Origin: Haliotis rubra
Lineage: Eukaryota
Assembly (NCBI RefSeq): GCF_003918875.1
Contig: NW_025767677.1
Coordinates: 124,001 to 188,000, forward strand
Direction of reading: 5' to 3'
DNA: 64,000 nt
The notes under the pieces are model-generated. The model was not told where the DNA came from and made no database searches. It saw only the letters and a program-made list of their open reading frames with translations. The position numbers and the translations under genes were made by a program. Positions within the stretch are counted from its first letter, which is position 1. Each line of letters begins with the position of its first letter. Below, one piece after another: positions 24,001-36,520 of this stretch.

Positions 24001-27000
24001 GACCTTGGCACCAGAGTCATGTCGTATCTTGTCCTTGTGAGATGAGGATTCATGCTTCTTTTCTTCCCTGTGTTCTTTCTCCTGACTGTGTGACTTGGAA
24101 ACCTTTTTATCTGATGAAGATGCCTTGTGGTGGTGTTTGTCTTCACCATCTTTCTTTGAATCAGATTTCTCTTTGTGGCTAGAATGTTGGGAGTGACTGT
24201 CATGACTCTTGTGAACATTCTCTTTCTTCTTATCACTGGATGTTTCAGGTTTCTTTTCTGTCATCTCAAAAGATTTGCTTTGGGATGACAGTTTTGTGGA
24301 CTTTGATGACCTCTCATCACTTGACTTTGAACGCATCAAAACAGGTGGGAGTGAATGTCTGGTCTCTTTTTCTTCCTTTGGCTGTGAAGTTTCTTTCTTC
24401 AGCGGAGTTGAGTGTTGATCGGGATTGAGCTTAGCAACACTTGGAGCTTCCTTCTTAGTTTCCTGAGGAAGTACAACAGGACTAGTTATGGACTGGCTAC
24501 TGGTGGATGATGACGTCGAGTCCAATCTGGATGTGGTGGGAGTTCTGGAAGGTGAGGATGACTGGGTGTCCATGGGTTCTGTGTGATGGTTGGAGGACAT
24601 AACAGGTGTTTGTATTGTATCAGAAGGTCGCCTTTTCTGCACTGGAGCAGCCAGGTGATGTGTTTCTTTATTTGCTGTTGGGATGGATGTTGCTGTTGGA
24701 GATACTGATATAGTTCCAGTTGAGCTTGAGACAGGTTCGCTAACACTGTTTGGAGTACTGACAACAACTAAAGGTTGACTTGACTGTTGCTGAGATTCCC
24801 CTACAATGTTACTAGCGACAGAAGAAGCACTAGTAGAGATTTGCTTTTGTTGCTGCTTTGGAGTTTCTACAGGAAAAACACTCGGATGTTTGGGTGACTG
24901 GAACCCAGACATGAACCCTGAATGAGAGGAGGTGAATGTTTGAGATGATGCAGACATTTGGGTATTGATTGATGGTGACAACTGTTGGGTACTAACAGCT
25001 GAGGGAGAAAGATGAGGATGAACTGTTGAGGTAGATACTATCTGCTGCTGCTGCTGCTGTTGCTGATGAGGTGGCTGCACTGGTAATGATGGTACTGTGA
25101 AAGATGGTGTAGAATTGTGACTAGAAGTAGATTCCTTTAACTGTGCTGGTGTTTGAGGATGCGGTGCTGGCGGCATTGATGCTGGGAACTGCTGCAATGG
25201 AGGAGCATGCACTACCTGCTGATGAAGTGAATGGGATATAGAGGAAGGGGATTGGAATGAACTACTTGAACCATCAAAACTAAAGGGACCCATTATTCCT
25301 TGAAGAGCACTCATTGATGTTACTGGCATCTGTTTCACAGCAGCTTTTGTTGGGACCGGAATATATGTTTTGGGTGGGGAATTAACAAGTGGCACTTTCA
25401 CATCTGGTGGTTCATATTTCTTGTTAATCTGCTCAAGACGTTTAGAATCTTGATCAAGAATACTTTTACTCCGTCTGGACATCAACTGTTTCACAATGTC
25501 TGAGGGTTCAGGCTTCTTATCCTCTGAACCTTGGCTGAAACCAAGGCCCGGGGTAGCATCCTGCTTCTTTCTAATCCTGAACTTTGAATATAGTCCAGTC
25601 AGGGGTGAGGTCAGCGAGGAGGTGGATGTACTAGGAGTGAGAAGTGATGCTTCCAGAGGTTTGTTCATTACTGGCATGCTCATCTTCTCATCCAGGATTC
25701 GTATCCTCTCCTCAAGACTTAACTCTCCAGGAGTCTTGGGTTCTTCTGAACTACTATCCGAGAAAGAATCATCTATTTCAATAGCTGTTTCAATAGCAGC
25801 AGAGGAGGGACTTGTTTCCTCCTTTGCTGATAACATCACAGATGTAGAGTCCACAACACCTTCCACTTCGGACAGCCCCTTCTCCTGGGTAGATTCCTTA
25901 GCAGTAGTCTCGGGCATTTCATACAGTAATGGTCTAGTCCAGGCTTTTGTTGAAAGATTAATATCCTTGGGGCTAAGTTCAGACACATCATCAGCATGGT
26001 GACTCACAGATATATCCTCAAAAGCCTTGGGGCTTTTCTGGTACTCCGGACTATTACGAATCACAAAAGTCAACTGCTCTTCTTTTGGCGAGTTCGTAGA
26101 ACTATCAGCAGGCACAACATGAGGAGAGATCTCCTTGCCGATAGCAGATGATGATATCCTGTCATCATAAGAATGTTGATGTCTCTTAATCCGAGGATCT
26201 TCTAAAGTGGTATCCGACTCCTCTTTTATAATAATGGGCAGACTGAGAGACTTCTTTTCATGTCTCTCCACTGGCTCCAGAGGAGTATGAATGTCATGTC
26301 GGGGAGATTTGGACAAAGGGAAATACCCTGAATAACCAACATCCAATTTCGTTAGTCCGTCATGTAATTTCACATTCTTACTATAAGAATCTATACTTAA
26401 ATCCTTCTTTTTCAAACCTTTCTCAGTCATTTCATCATCACTACTGATATATTTATCGTTCCGTCGATATGTACGCACTTTTGAATTTATATCACCATCT
26501 TTCACATCAAATTTCCGGCGTTTAGCCTGTTGCCGGAAACTTGACCCAGTGTCTGTTGGAGATTCAGCTTGGTGGTCCTCACCTTCACTCTCATCCAACT
26601 TAGTCACTATCACAGGAAGGGCTGACGAAGGTGACTTTTTCCTTCGTGCAATATCATCAGCAGTCACTTTTGTCTCAAGTATCCGTAATTTCTCCATCTG
26701 TTTGCGGTAACTTTTAGTGCTGTCAATTTTCTTAATTTCTTCAGCAAGTTCAAGTTTCTTTTCCTCTAGCTTACCACTCTGAAGACTCTTAATTAGCTGT
26801 CCTTTAGTTCCATCGAATCTTCTTGCCACAACATTACGCACATCCTCACTGAGGTTAGGATCAGCATCAGAGGTGTCCTCTAACTGCTGAATCTTCTGCA
26901 GTAGTAAAGCCTTTTTACTATGCAGTTCTAATAAGTCAGATTCACCTAAGGAACCATTTTCTGATTCTGGGTGGCTGTTGGTTGAACCAGGACTCCCATG

Positions 27001-27877
27001 AATCTGTGCTTCAATGAATGCTTTTGGTATTAAACGTGTCTTTTCACCTTTTTCAAGTCTCATCTTTTCCGCTAGGAAAGCTTTCGTCACACTGATTTTT
27101 GAGGCTGTTGATTTTAAAGTCGCACTATGACTTTCACTTCGTTCCAATTTCTTGGAATTTTTGGCGAGGTCTTTGCTAAGCATGGCTTCCTCATAAGAAC
27201 GTTTCCGAGAAGACATTTTCTCGGGCGGTTTCACAATTTCGGATTGAGGTTTCCCTGTAGTCACTGACACAACACTCCATGGTTGACTTTTAGTAGACAC
27301 AGAATCATCCATAGACACATGCCGATGAATTGAATTACTCCGTTCTAAACGGGATTTCCGTGAATAGTCATCAGGATAATATCGGTACATAGGTGGTTCT
27401 TCCTCAGTTGGTGTAGGAGGAGTATACGACCGATTTGAAAGTTCATCATCTTTTCTCCGCGTCGGACTTCTGGTGGGACTGTGGAATGATACTGGAGACT
27501 GACTCCTACTTTGGTCACTGTGAAGATCAAAGTCTCTGTGTTTTTCGAGATCAAACCGATCTCTGGAATAACTTTTATCGTCGGACCTACTCCGGTACCG
27601 ACTTTCTGAGCGGTAAGAGTTCCGATCACTGCCTGGGCTATCACTCCGCCCATAAAGGTCCAATCTATCCTTACTCCTATCATCATAAGAGTCCAGTGAT
27701 AAGTCCCGAGATGACCGCCGTGACGGTCTCTCTTCATAACGTTCATCTGTTCGTCTCGGGCTACTGTGGCCCCGTTCTCTCTGTCTCTGGCTGTGGCCAT
27801 ATTCCCTGAGTTCTTGTTCATAGGAATCTTCTGCCTTGAAGTATTCACCACTGCTTTGGGAAAACCCATCGGTTGAC
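18069..27877 (-). CDS. spen: spen giant coding exon 11 (9809 nt; 4 apparent frameshifts)
   Basis: Acceptor ctgtttcag|G, donor G|gtaaga. Contains the SPEN-type motifs SLEERIRILDEK, SILDQDSKRLEQI, SMYDKVKRRS and AALAVASIL. Covered by five overlapping ORFs (21535-27975, 19643-21538, 19132-19791, 18335-19135, 17965-18702). Confidence 0.88.
22075..22300 (-). repeat. Coding 24-bp tandem repeat (EKKLEEMR)n
   Basis: About 9 near-identical octapeptide units in the giant exon. Confidence 0.9.
23775..23845 (-). repeat. Coding 15-bp repeat (AEEKK)n
   Basis: Visible in both the translation and the DNA. Confidence 0.85.
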
Positions 27878-28255
27878 CTGAAACAGGGAAACCACATTAG
27901 AAACGGAAGAATAATGGGGATATATTTCTTTATAAGTGTACAAGTATCAAAGCAGATGTCTCCATTTGTTTGCACCTCCTGACATCATTGTAATTAGTAT
28001 TATTACATATGCTGTTTTCATTGACAACAAAAAAACAAACAAAAATAAAGGGGGGGGGGTTTAAGGGTAGGGTAGGGGAGTTAGCCGCAAAAAAGGTATG
28101 GAAGTATTGACCTGAAACTTGAATCGAAATTTCAGCAAACGGGCTGTTAGGAAACTCAATATGTAGGCAACGTAGATATAAATGGGGTACAGGGCACCTA
28201 ATCTCTCACATATATACAATGGAGGATGAATACATGGCCACTTTTAGTCACACAC

Positions 28256-28405
28256 CTCTGCCTTCGAGATGCAAACTCTTCCTGGAAACCCTCTGTGGAG
28301 CCTCTTCCTCTGTCTCTGTAGGTGGACGTACTGCCTCTGCTGTTCCTGGCTCCCCGGAAAAAGCCTTTCTTGAACTGTGTGGTGGGGGTGAAAGTTCGAG
28401 TTTGC
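28256..28405 (-). CDS. spen: spen coding exon 10
   Basis: Acceptor tctccag|G, donor AG|gtgtgt; 150 nt, phase 2/2; RG-rich open frame. Confidence 0.78.
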
Positions 28406-28671
28406 CTGGAGATAAAATCACGATATTTAGAAACACGTAGCATTTTTCCTGAAACGTTTTTGACTAGATATTACATATATTAACGACACCACATTAGAAG
28501 AGATCTTGACATGGTTTGTTGTCAGTGTTCTTGACCAACCAAAGACTTATAAACAATGCTGTGCATGCAATAGCCACTCTCTGTGGACCTTTCAACATTC
28601 ACAACAGAGTTATCATAACTAACAAACTATTCTAACATTAGACAAGAAGTAAAATCCAGGTATCAACTTAC

Positions 28672-28817
28672 TCTTCTTGGAAAGTTTCAGGGAATTCAAA
28701 ATTTCTTCTGAATCGAGTTCCCCCTCGTTCGTCTGGCCACTCTCCAGGACGAAGCTGCCCAGTCTTCTCCATCTTGTCAAAGAATTTGTTTTGACACTCA
28801 CGGCTAGCAAAGTCAAT
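28672..28817 (-). CDS. spen: spen coding exon 9 (end of RRM4)
   Basis: Acceptor tttcag|ATT, donor GA|gtaagt; IDFASRECQNKFFDKMEKTGQ. Confidence 0.93.
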
Positions 28818-29040
28818 CTGAAAAGTACAAGATTTCAAATTGGACTGGATTTCCAACAAGCTAATTCATGTAAAATTACAGCACAGAAACTTCAAACATT
28901 CATTCAAAACTTAAAGTAGGATATCTTAAACGCAATTATCACTGAACATCCATAAAAGTTTTTGGCATTCTGTTTTCATGTTATTTTTCATCTGCAAAAC
29001 AACAAAAAGGAGATTTCAAAAGGCTAATTAATGATCTCAC

Positions 29041-29268
29041 CTGTATTTTCTTGCCCCCTAAACTCCTATTCCTCATTTCATTGACAGCGTACTGGGCATC
29101 ATCAAGATTGGAGAAATAGATCAAAGCTCTTCCCTTAGTTCTGTCTATGACATCGTGACTAACTTCTCCATAGCGACCGAACACACGACAGAGATACTTG
29201 TCACCAACATTCTCACCTACGTTGTCAAGCCATACACAGTTGGTTGGCATGCTTTTTCCGAACCCAAG
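29041..29268 (-). CDS. spen: spen coding exon 8 (RRM4)
   Basis: Acceptor tttcag|CTT, donor CAG|gtgaga; LGFGKSMPTNCVWLD...GGKKIQ; 228 nt. Confidence 0.95.
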
Positions 29269-29654
29269 CTGAAAATGGAATAGGTGGTGTGAAAAACACT
29301 GTAAGTACTGTATCAAGTGATACAGCCATCTCCCTGCACAAACCTTCAAAATCACTGGTTAATAAAAAAATTATTCTGAACAAAGCACATCATCAACTAA
29401 TATACAATCCCCATATTTGCAATAAAATCGTGTCTCTTCAAATCAATCTAATCCTGGATTGAAAAATGTGTACATGGTGATGTACTGAATACAAAAATTG
29501 GTTGAGTGCAAAATGAAAAGATATGTAAGTGAATGATCTACAAGGAACTTTCCACAGCATGAAATGTTCCTTTTTATCAATTAATTCTTTTAATGCTGCT
29601 ATTCTTCGAAGGCGCCATCGTATGATGAACACGATGATGAACATCATCCAATTC

Positions 29655-29766
29655 AGTATCATCATCAAAAATGGTATCATCATCAAAAATGGTATCATCA
29701 TCTGAAATTCGTATTATTATCTGAAAATGGTATCATCATTCTGAAATTGGTATCATCATTCTGAAA
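29655..29766. repeat. ~21-bp intronic tandem repeat
   Basis: (aaaatggtatcatcatc)-type units. Confidence 0.8.
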
Positions 29767-29807
29767 TATTCACATTAACCGAAACACTATTTCACCATAT
29801 TCTGTAC

Positions 29808-29933
29808 CTTTATCTTATTGGCTCCTATATGCTCTCCCTCCATCTGTCGTAGCGCCTTCACAACACTGACGATGTCGGCATACTGGACAAAAGCGTAAGC
29901 GGAGGCTGCGCCTTGACGCTTGATATCCACATC
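29808..29933 (-). CDS. spen: spen coding exon 7 (RRM3)
   Basis: Acceptor acccag|GAT, donor AAG|gtacag; DVDIKRQGAASAYAFVQYADIVSVVKA; 126 nt. Confidence 0.95.
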
Positions 29934-30376
29934 CTGGGTCAAAAAGAAAAACATATAGTAACATATGTCATTGTCTGAGTTCACCGTTTCAAACGGAAAT
30001 TGGACTGAATAGAAAAATACAATTTTCTGCTGGAGCGTAAGGGGCAGAATATGTCCCCAGCCCCGATGTGTGTAATAAGTATGAATTAAAACAAAGACTG
30101 GTCACACTGAAACCCCCTATTCCCATTTTAGTTGTCCCTTCAGAAAATCATGGGCAATCGCGAACATTTGTCTTCCCTGATTCTCAAAGAGGAGAAGCTT
30201 CTAAGATGAATACTACACACAACTTGGTAATTTAAAACAGCTCTATGAACAATAACCTGACTAGGAAAATATCGAATAAGAATAATATTAATTCTTGTGA
30301 GGTTTGACACAAAATACCTATTCCACTACAAGCTTAACGAAAAGGTTCTGAATATCCAAACTTATGTAAAACTCAC

Positions 30377-30525
30377 TATAACTTCTCCATATTCCTTGAA
30401 TATCTCGATGAGATCCGATACTGTTGTATCCTTTTCCAGATTTCCTACAAATAATGTCCGCGTAGCTTTTGGATGGTACTCATCCAGCTCGGACTCGGAA
30501 GGACGGAATTCCGTATCATCTACTT
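30377..30525 (-). CDS. spen: spen coding exon 6 (start of RRM3)
   Basis: Acceptor tttgcag|AA, donor ATA|gtgagt; ELDEYHPKATRTLFVGNLEK. Confidence 0.95.
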
Positions 30526-30656
30526 CTGCAAAAAGACGACAGTCCATACTTGTTTGAGAGGCTACAGAGAACAAAGGAAAGCTCTTGGATCCCAATGGAC
30601 TGGTCACATATGAATAGAAATATACAAGTACATTGGTGAGAAGTTAAGGCTTGGTA

Positions 30657-30821
30657 ATGAATGAGTGAGTTTAGTTTTACGCCGTTTTTAAACATATTCC
30701 AGCAATATCACGGCGGGGACACCAGAAATGGGCTTCACACACTGTACATAAATGGGGAATCGAACCTGGGTATTTGGCATGACGAGCAAACACTTTAACC
30801 ACAAGGCTACCCCATTGCCCC
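30657..30821 (-). mobile_element. SINE family A
   Basis: Full-length copy; imperfect TSD aggcttggtaatg / aggcttgttactg. Confidence 0.9.
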
Positions 30822-31432
30822 AGGCTTGTTACTGCTTTATAGCAATGTTGCAGCCTTGTCATACTGTAAAGGGAATAGATACCAGGCTTGGTGTGCGACT
30901 GGGTTTCCCTGATTGTCCCTCTTAACATTAAACAATGTCAAAAATACATTTAAAGCAAGATACATGCACATAATCTTGACAAAATAATACTCAGTTTTGA
31001 AAGCAAATTGCTATTCTAACTGAATGATCATCCCACTGAACCAGTATTAAATTAATGAACCATCGATCCTGCACATCAGCCATAAAGAGCCAAGTACAAG
31101 GGATCGAGGCATTTTTCAGTGAGAAATACCAGGTAATCCAGCGACACATGACCAGCAGACAATGGGACACCAGGTGGCAGGATGTGGCGGACACCCAATA
31201 CAGATCAGGGCCATCACTGGGTCACCCATCCAAGGGTCCCTTTGGGTCATGATTTTCACCTTTTGGTCACCCTTCCAAGGGTTCACCAAATTCAGGTGCT
31301 TCCTGCCGGTCTTGTTGCATTTTAAAACAACCATGACCAGAGGCAAATCTACATCTGGATACCCTCTTACATATTAACTAAACCATATCAAATACTTGGA
31401 TATTGCTTCAAGCTGAAAGTCTGTATACTAAC

Positions 31433-31633
31433 CTACACCCTCATGCTGGGTAACTTTGATGCGAGTTCCAAAGAACATCTTATCCTGAGATGCTTCTAGA
31501 GCTTTGGATGCATCCTCTGGCCTGCGGAAACTGACGACAGCATAACGCTCGCCTGCATCGCCCACAACCTGCACTGATGTCACCTTGCCATGCTTCTTGT
31601 ACTCATGGAACAACCCATCTCGTAAACTTGTAT
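31433..31633 (-). CDS. spen: spen coding exon 5 (RRM2)
   Basis: Acceptor cttccag|AT, donor G|gttagt; DTSLRDGLFHEYKKHGKVTSV is a hallmark SPEN RRM2 sequence. Confidence 0.95.
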
Positions 31634-31677
31634 CTGGAAGGGAAAACAACTCTTACTTAAAACTGACATTACCATAA

Positions 31678-31821
31678 TGAGTGAGTATGGTTTTATAGGT
31701 TGCTGCATCATGGCAAGGGACACCAGAATTTGGCTTCATGTGTTGTACCCATGTGGGGAATCGAACCTAGGTTGTCGGTGTGACGAGCAAACGCTTCAAA
31801 CACTGGGCTACCCCACCGCCC
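31678..31821 (-). mobile_element. SINE family A
   Basis: Perfect 14-bp TSD cattaccataatga (31667-31680 and 31822-31835). Confidence 0.9.
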
Positions 31822-32046
31822 CATTACCATAATGACATCCTCACAGGAGAAAGCAAACTTGACTAAACCTGATAATGGGCCAAGAAATCTACTTTGAAAG
31901 CATGATGCAAAATTTACACAAAGTAGCAATTCCATAGCAAGAAATCTAATTTGACAACATGATGCAAAATTTACACAAAGTAGCAATTCCATCCAAACTG
32001 ATATACTAAGGGACCATTTGGTTGATTTCTCCCCAAGCAAAATAAG

Positions 32047-32513
32047 CAGAGGCCCAGATAAGCTGCGTATCCGGGTAAAATACGCATAGAAAATTTCCAA
32101 TTACGGATTGAAAAATTATTTTTGCGTACCAATTACGCATTTAAAATGTTAGATACACAAAAAGTTTTGAACAATTGCGTACAGAATATATTTATAAAAA
32201 TCGCTTGCGTAATGAAAAAGACATCGATTGCCATCAAGTTGTACTGTTAGTATAGGATGAGTGAGTTTTTATGAAATCATTTCCATTATATTTAAGTTGG
32301 TTTTGATTAGGTATGACATAAGGGAGAACATACCTGCTTAGTAAACTTACTCAATGACATAATACTTAGGTGAGTAAAATGACTGAAATACGCACATATT
32401 TGAAAGCAGTGGGTAACGGACAATGAAATACCCACTCAACATTCATAATACCCGCTCCAACAAAATACAGTGGGTACAGTACCCACATGACCTAAATCTT
32501 ATCTGGAGCTCTG
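32047..32513. mobile_element. hAT-like MITE
   Basis: TIR CAGAGGCCCAGATAAG / CTTATCTGGAGCTCTG flanked by an aataag direct repeat. Confidence 0.75.
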
Positions 32514-32644
32514 AATAAGCATCAGTTTTTAAAAAATGTCAACCTCGAGTCTAATGACATAGGAATACAGATGATATGACATGAATTTGAAAGCAACTTC
32601 TGTCATTTTGAAACAAGTACTTAAAGAAATGCAATATCACATAC

Positions 32645-32820
32645 CACTGGAGCGAAGTGGTAACCCTGTCACACAGATGCCAAGAGGTTTCCGTTCTGCG
32701 TTACTCGACTGGTCGTCACTCTTCTGTTTATCATGTTGCGAGTCCTTGCCATCCAAAGATGGAAGCTTGGACCCTGCTGTGACCGACCCTTGTAACCGAC
32801 TGCCATGACTGCTTCCCTGG
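32645..32820 (-). CDS. spen: spen coding exon 4 (start of RRM2)
   Basis: Acceptor atttcag|C, donor G|gtatgt; ...KPLGICVTGLPLRSS; phase 2/1. Confidence 0.9.
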
Positions 32821-33024
32821 CTGAAATAAAATAAGACAAGCTCTTTACACATCTCCACATTTCAATGTCATCTCAAATTGTGTCAATGTTTTCTTCATGA
32901 AGTACAAAGAAGTAAAATGTGCTGTATCCACTATCCACTTTGTTGAATCTGACATTCCAACAGTCTCAATAGGGCATATCATAATTTGTTCTTGTAATAT
33001 CAACTAAACCTTAATCATCCTTAC

Positions 33025-33288
33025 CTCCGTGACCTTGATCTTGACCTGCTGCTGTGAGAAGACCAGCTTCCACTACTGCTTGATCGAGACCTTGACCTTG
33101 GTGAGCGGGACCGACTCTGGCTAGGAGACCGGGATATGGAAACAGATTTTATACGTGCTGGCAGCTCTGCTGGGCGAGCAATAACTGGGGGATGGGGTGG
33201 AGACACTGCTCGTGTCCTGTCATACCCTTCTTTCTCCGGGCCATACCCGTCAATTGGTCTTCCTGGCCTCCCGGGATAGGCTCCAGTC
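33025..33288 (-). CDS. spen: spen coding exon 3 (RS-rich)
   Basis: Acceptor tcttctag|G, donor AG|gtaagg; 264 nt, phase 2/2; SRSPSQSRSRSPRSRSRSSSS. Confidence 0.85.
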
Positions 33289-34530
33289 CTAGAAGACACA
33301 AACACAAAACGGTAAAGAAGGAACTTACACAAAAAACTCCATAAATCCCAACGATATGGAAAAAATGTGTTTCGAGTCCCTATTAGGAAGATACACACTT
33401 TGTCCAACTATGGAAATGGTAAGTTCAGACATAACCAACCTATCTAGACAGCAGCAGAAATCAATATGCCATGTCTAGCAAGCCTCTCACTCCTTCCATT
33501 CAAGACTAGAAAAAAACCCTCTGATTAGGCTCTTTAAGCAGTGTTCCATACATGTCATGTGCTTGTATGTAACAATAATCGGAGATGTGGCTGCGTATTA
33601 AGGGTAAAAATCTTTCTCCAAACTGAAAAATTCAAGTAAATATATTCCGCCCAACTTTATTTCTGATCTGATGGAAATTGGCAACCCCAGCACAAGTCAA
33701 GTCACATGACCACTTGAAAGAAGACTCAGTTCCTATCACAAACGAAACTTTCCTTGTAGCATTACAACATGCAAGCTTCACACTAAAACTATGATGAAAG
33801 TTAGGTTCCAACAAGCTGTGCTAAGTAACAAGTTAATTTCCACAATCCTATTTATGACAACCAGTAACACTCAGCATGTGACAGTAGCAGGTGAGATTAT
33901 ACCAAAATCAAAAGCGCACAATAATATTTGACAGAGTTTCATGACAAAACACCTTTGTAACAAACATCTACGAAGCTATCTTATTCATGACTGTCATAGC
34001 ACAAACACCATAAGAGCCCTACTGGCAAGATGGGATTGACAAGCCCAGATATGTTCCTGGGGCAAATCGGAACACTTATCCAAAGTTCACTGCTGCAAAA
34101 TAACCTAATCAACAGAGGGACAAATGTCATATACTAACACTACAACCATAGATCTCTACCACCGAAAGAAACAGCAGATCAAGTGAGAAGAAACAAAAAC
34201 AGTTACCTCTACACCTCCATGAGAAAGTTCACCTTGCAATAACATCAATACTGTATGAATATAAGTTGTGACAGTGCCAGCGATTCAGCTGACAAATACC
34301 TCATGTGAGACGAGGCATGAATGCCCCTCTTTAAATGGGCATAAGTTCATGTGATGATAATACATCTAGGTCAGCAAATGTCATGCATTACACGTCCTTA
34401 AAACATCGACCACCGACTGTATTCTGTCACACAAACCAGCCATTTATATAATATCGATACAGTATGCAAGTCATACGGTACAGCTGAGATATGTCGGCCT
34501 ATGAGGGAAACATAATAACAACACAAGTAC

Positions 34531-34553
34531 CTGTTTCCGGAACACTCCACCAT
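34531..34553 (-). CDS. Candidate alternative start exon (MVECSGN-R) splicing to exon 3
   Basis: ATAATGG Kozak context, CAG|gtactt donor, phase 2 as exon 3 requires; pyrimidine-rich ctttgtcatag acceptor 3 nt before the ATG. Confidence 0.35.
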
Positions 34554-35492
34554 TATCTATGACAAAGGCACATGCAGTGCACCACAATAACACCATATAA
34601 TCACAAACAGCAAATACCACTCAAAATTAAACACTGCTGGATGGTAACGATTGATAAAGATTAAGCAATAGTTCAAAAGAAGAAGGAAAACTGAAAAATA
34701 GCTAATGACCTGGGTCAAATCATACTGACCTGGCAACTGACTTTTAACAGTTGAAGCAGCCCCGGTCGGAGTTCTCATCAAGTGTTTCTAACAAATTGCC
34801 AGATAATACCATCTGCCAGTAAGTGAGCAAAACAGCCATGTGATGTCAAAAACATATCACTAATGAGCTACAAGAACACTATCCTTGTCACACCATCAGC
34901 CAACAAAGCTTAACAGACGATACTGTAAAATCAGTGGTGAGGAAAAGAGCCACACATCAACAATCCCACTTACACATAGCATCATAAAATTATATGTCAC
35001 ATGACAACAAAAATGAGCCTGCCAACGTGAGCTTGTCTATTATTCTCATCTCACGACCTGTGGTGACTCAGGCTTTTTACATGTCATGAAAAAAAAATTA
35101 AAATGGATGAAACTAGTGAAGATTTATTAACCAGAGTCTGTATCTCCCCGTGGTAATTTCCCAAGAGGGTTCATCTTTCTTGTTTAAATTTAGATGAGAT
35201 GAGAAATTTCAAAATGGCAGTGTGGTCTGTAAATTTCAAATACCACGGACTTTGGTCATACAGTTCGCTGTTAAATAGCTCAATCACCAGGAATCAGAAG
35301 TGAATGATAAGGTAAAAGGTGGCTTGGTAAAACTGGTTCATGTTTGGGGGAAATGTTTGAATTCATTATCATGCAAGCCCTGCCTGTTCATTAATGCAGT
35401 GAAGAGCGTTATGTAATGAGATCATTTCAATATCATAGGTCATTGGAAGAAATCTTTTGAACATATAAATTTATTTCACTTACAAAGCCACA

Positions 35493-35658
35493 GGGGGCAG
35501 TGGGGTAGCCTAGTGGTTAAAGCGTTCACCTATCATGCCAAAAACGCAGGTTCGATTCCCCACATGGGCACAATATGTAAAGCCCATTCCTGGTGTTCCC
35601 AGCTGTGATATTGCTGAAATAATGCTAAGAGGCGTAAAACTAAACTCATTCACTCACT
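35493..35658 (+). mobile_element. SINE family A
   Basis: A and B boxes, tail, TSD caaagccaca. Confidence 0.9.
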
Positions 35659-36085
35659 GCAAAGCCACAAGACATGCACGTGTGTATGTGTGAAACGTCA
35701 TGTACTTATCATGATCCCTAGTGCTCGGCCTCTGAGAAACCCTGTAGCAGTTAACATGGATACCCACTTCAGACACAGAAAACTGACTGCAAGCGACAAG
35801 GTCTCCATTCAACAAAAGCAGTTTTACTGAAAATAGACTTTGTCTTTTGTATATTTGCCTGCATTCTGGATCTATCAGTCCAGTGACACCAAGATAACCC
35901 ACAAAAGCAGTCTTACAGAGATGACATTTGTCATGATGCTGAAGGGATGGGTATTCATTCACCTGTACTTTCTGTCATGCTCCAGCAACATGACCTCCAT
36001 TAACATCAGATTTCTACACATAAGATCAGAGCCAGTTCTCTAGTTTATCTCTTCAGAAGCTTAATTTCCAAACATCTTTCAAAAA

Positions 36086-36520
36086 TGCTTCCTTGCACAT
36101 CAAACAGCAACCGTGTGCAGAAAAACTGTTCATTAGCCTCTATGATCATGTGTCATTATTCGGGACTTAACATTGAGTAAGTATGTCAAACAAATGTTCA
36201 TCATATCTAGTGTGGGTGTTTACCTCATAAAATTGCCTGTTTAGTTTAACTGCCTTTGAATTTCACTTCACTAAAAATCTAAAATCTAAAATCTAAAAAG
36301 TCTTTCTCTCCAAATCACTTTCAAATGAAAGTATGTTTATCTCTAAGCTTCCTTGCACATCCAACTGTTCATTAGCCTCTTTGATCATGTGTCATTTATT
36401 AAGGAATTAACATTGATTACATGTTGAACAAATGTGTATACTGTATTATATTTAGTGTGTTTATACCTAATAAAATAGCAAAGGTATTCAATAGTAAAGG
36501 CCTTTGTATTTCACCTCAAT
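36086..36520 (+). repeat. Diverged ~260-bp tandem duplication
   Basis: gcttccttgcacatc...ctgttcattagcctc..tgatcatgtgtcatt at about 36086 and 36347. Confidence 0.7.

Noticed and set aside
22812-24236. Alternative-frame minus-strand ORFs rich in R/K (22812-23225, 23253-23603, 23652-24236)
   Set aside because: Expected by-product of purine-rich low-complexity codons; the main frame is open and carries the conserved motif.
14333-27809. Many long plus-strand ORFs (e.g. 20058-20924, 21905-22414, 25496-26002)
   Set aside because: Antisense shadows of the K/E/S-rich spen CDS; F/S/L-rich with no independent coding signal.
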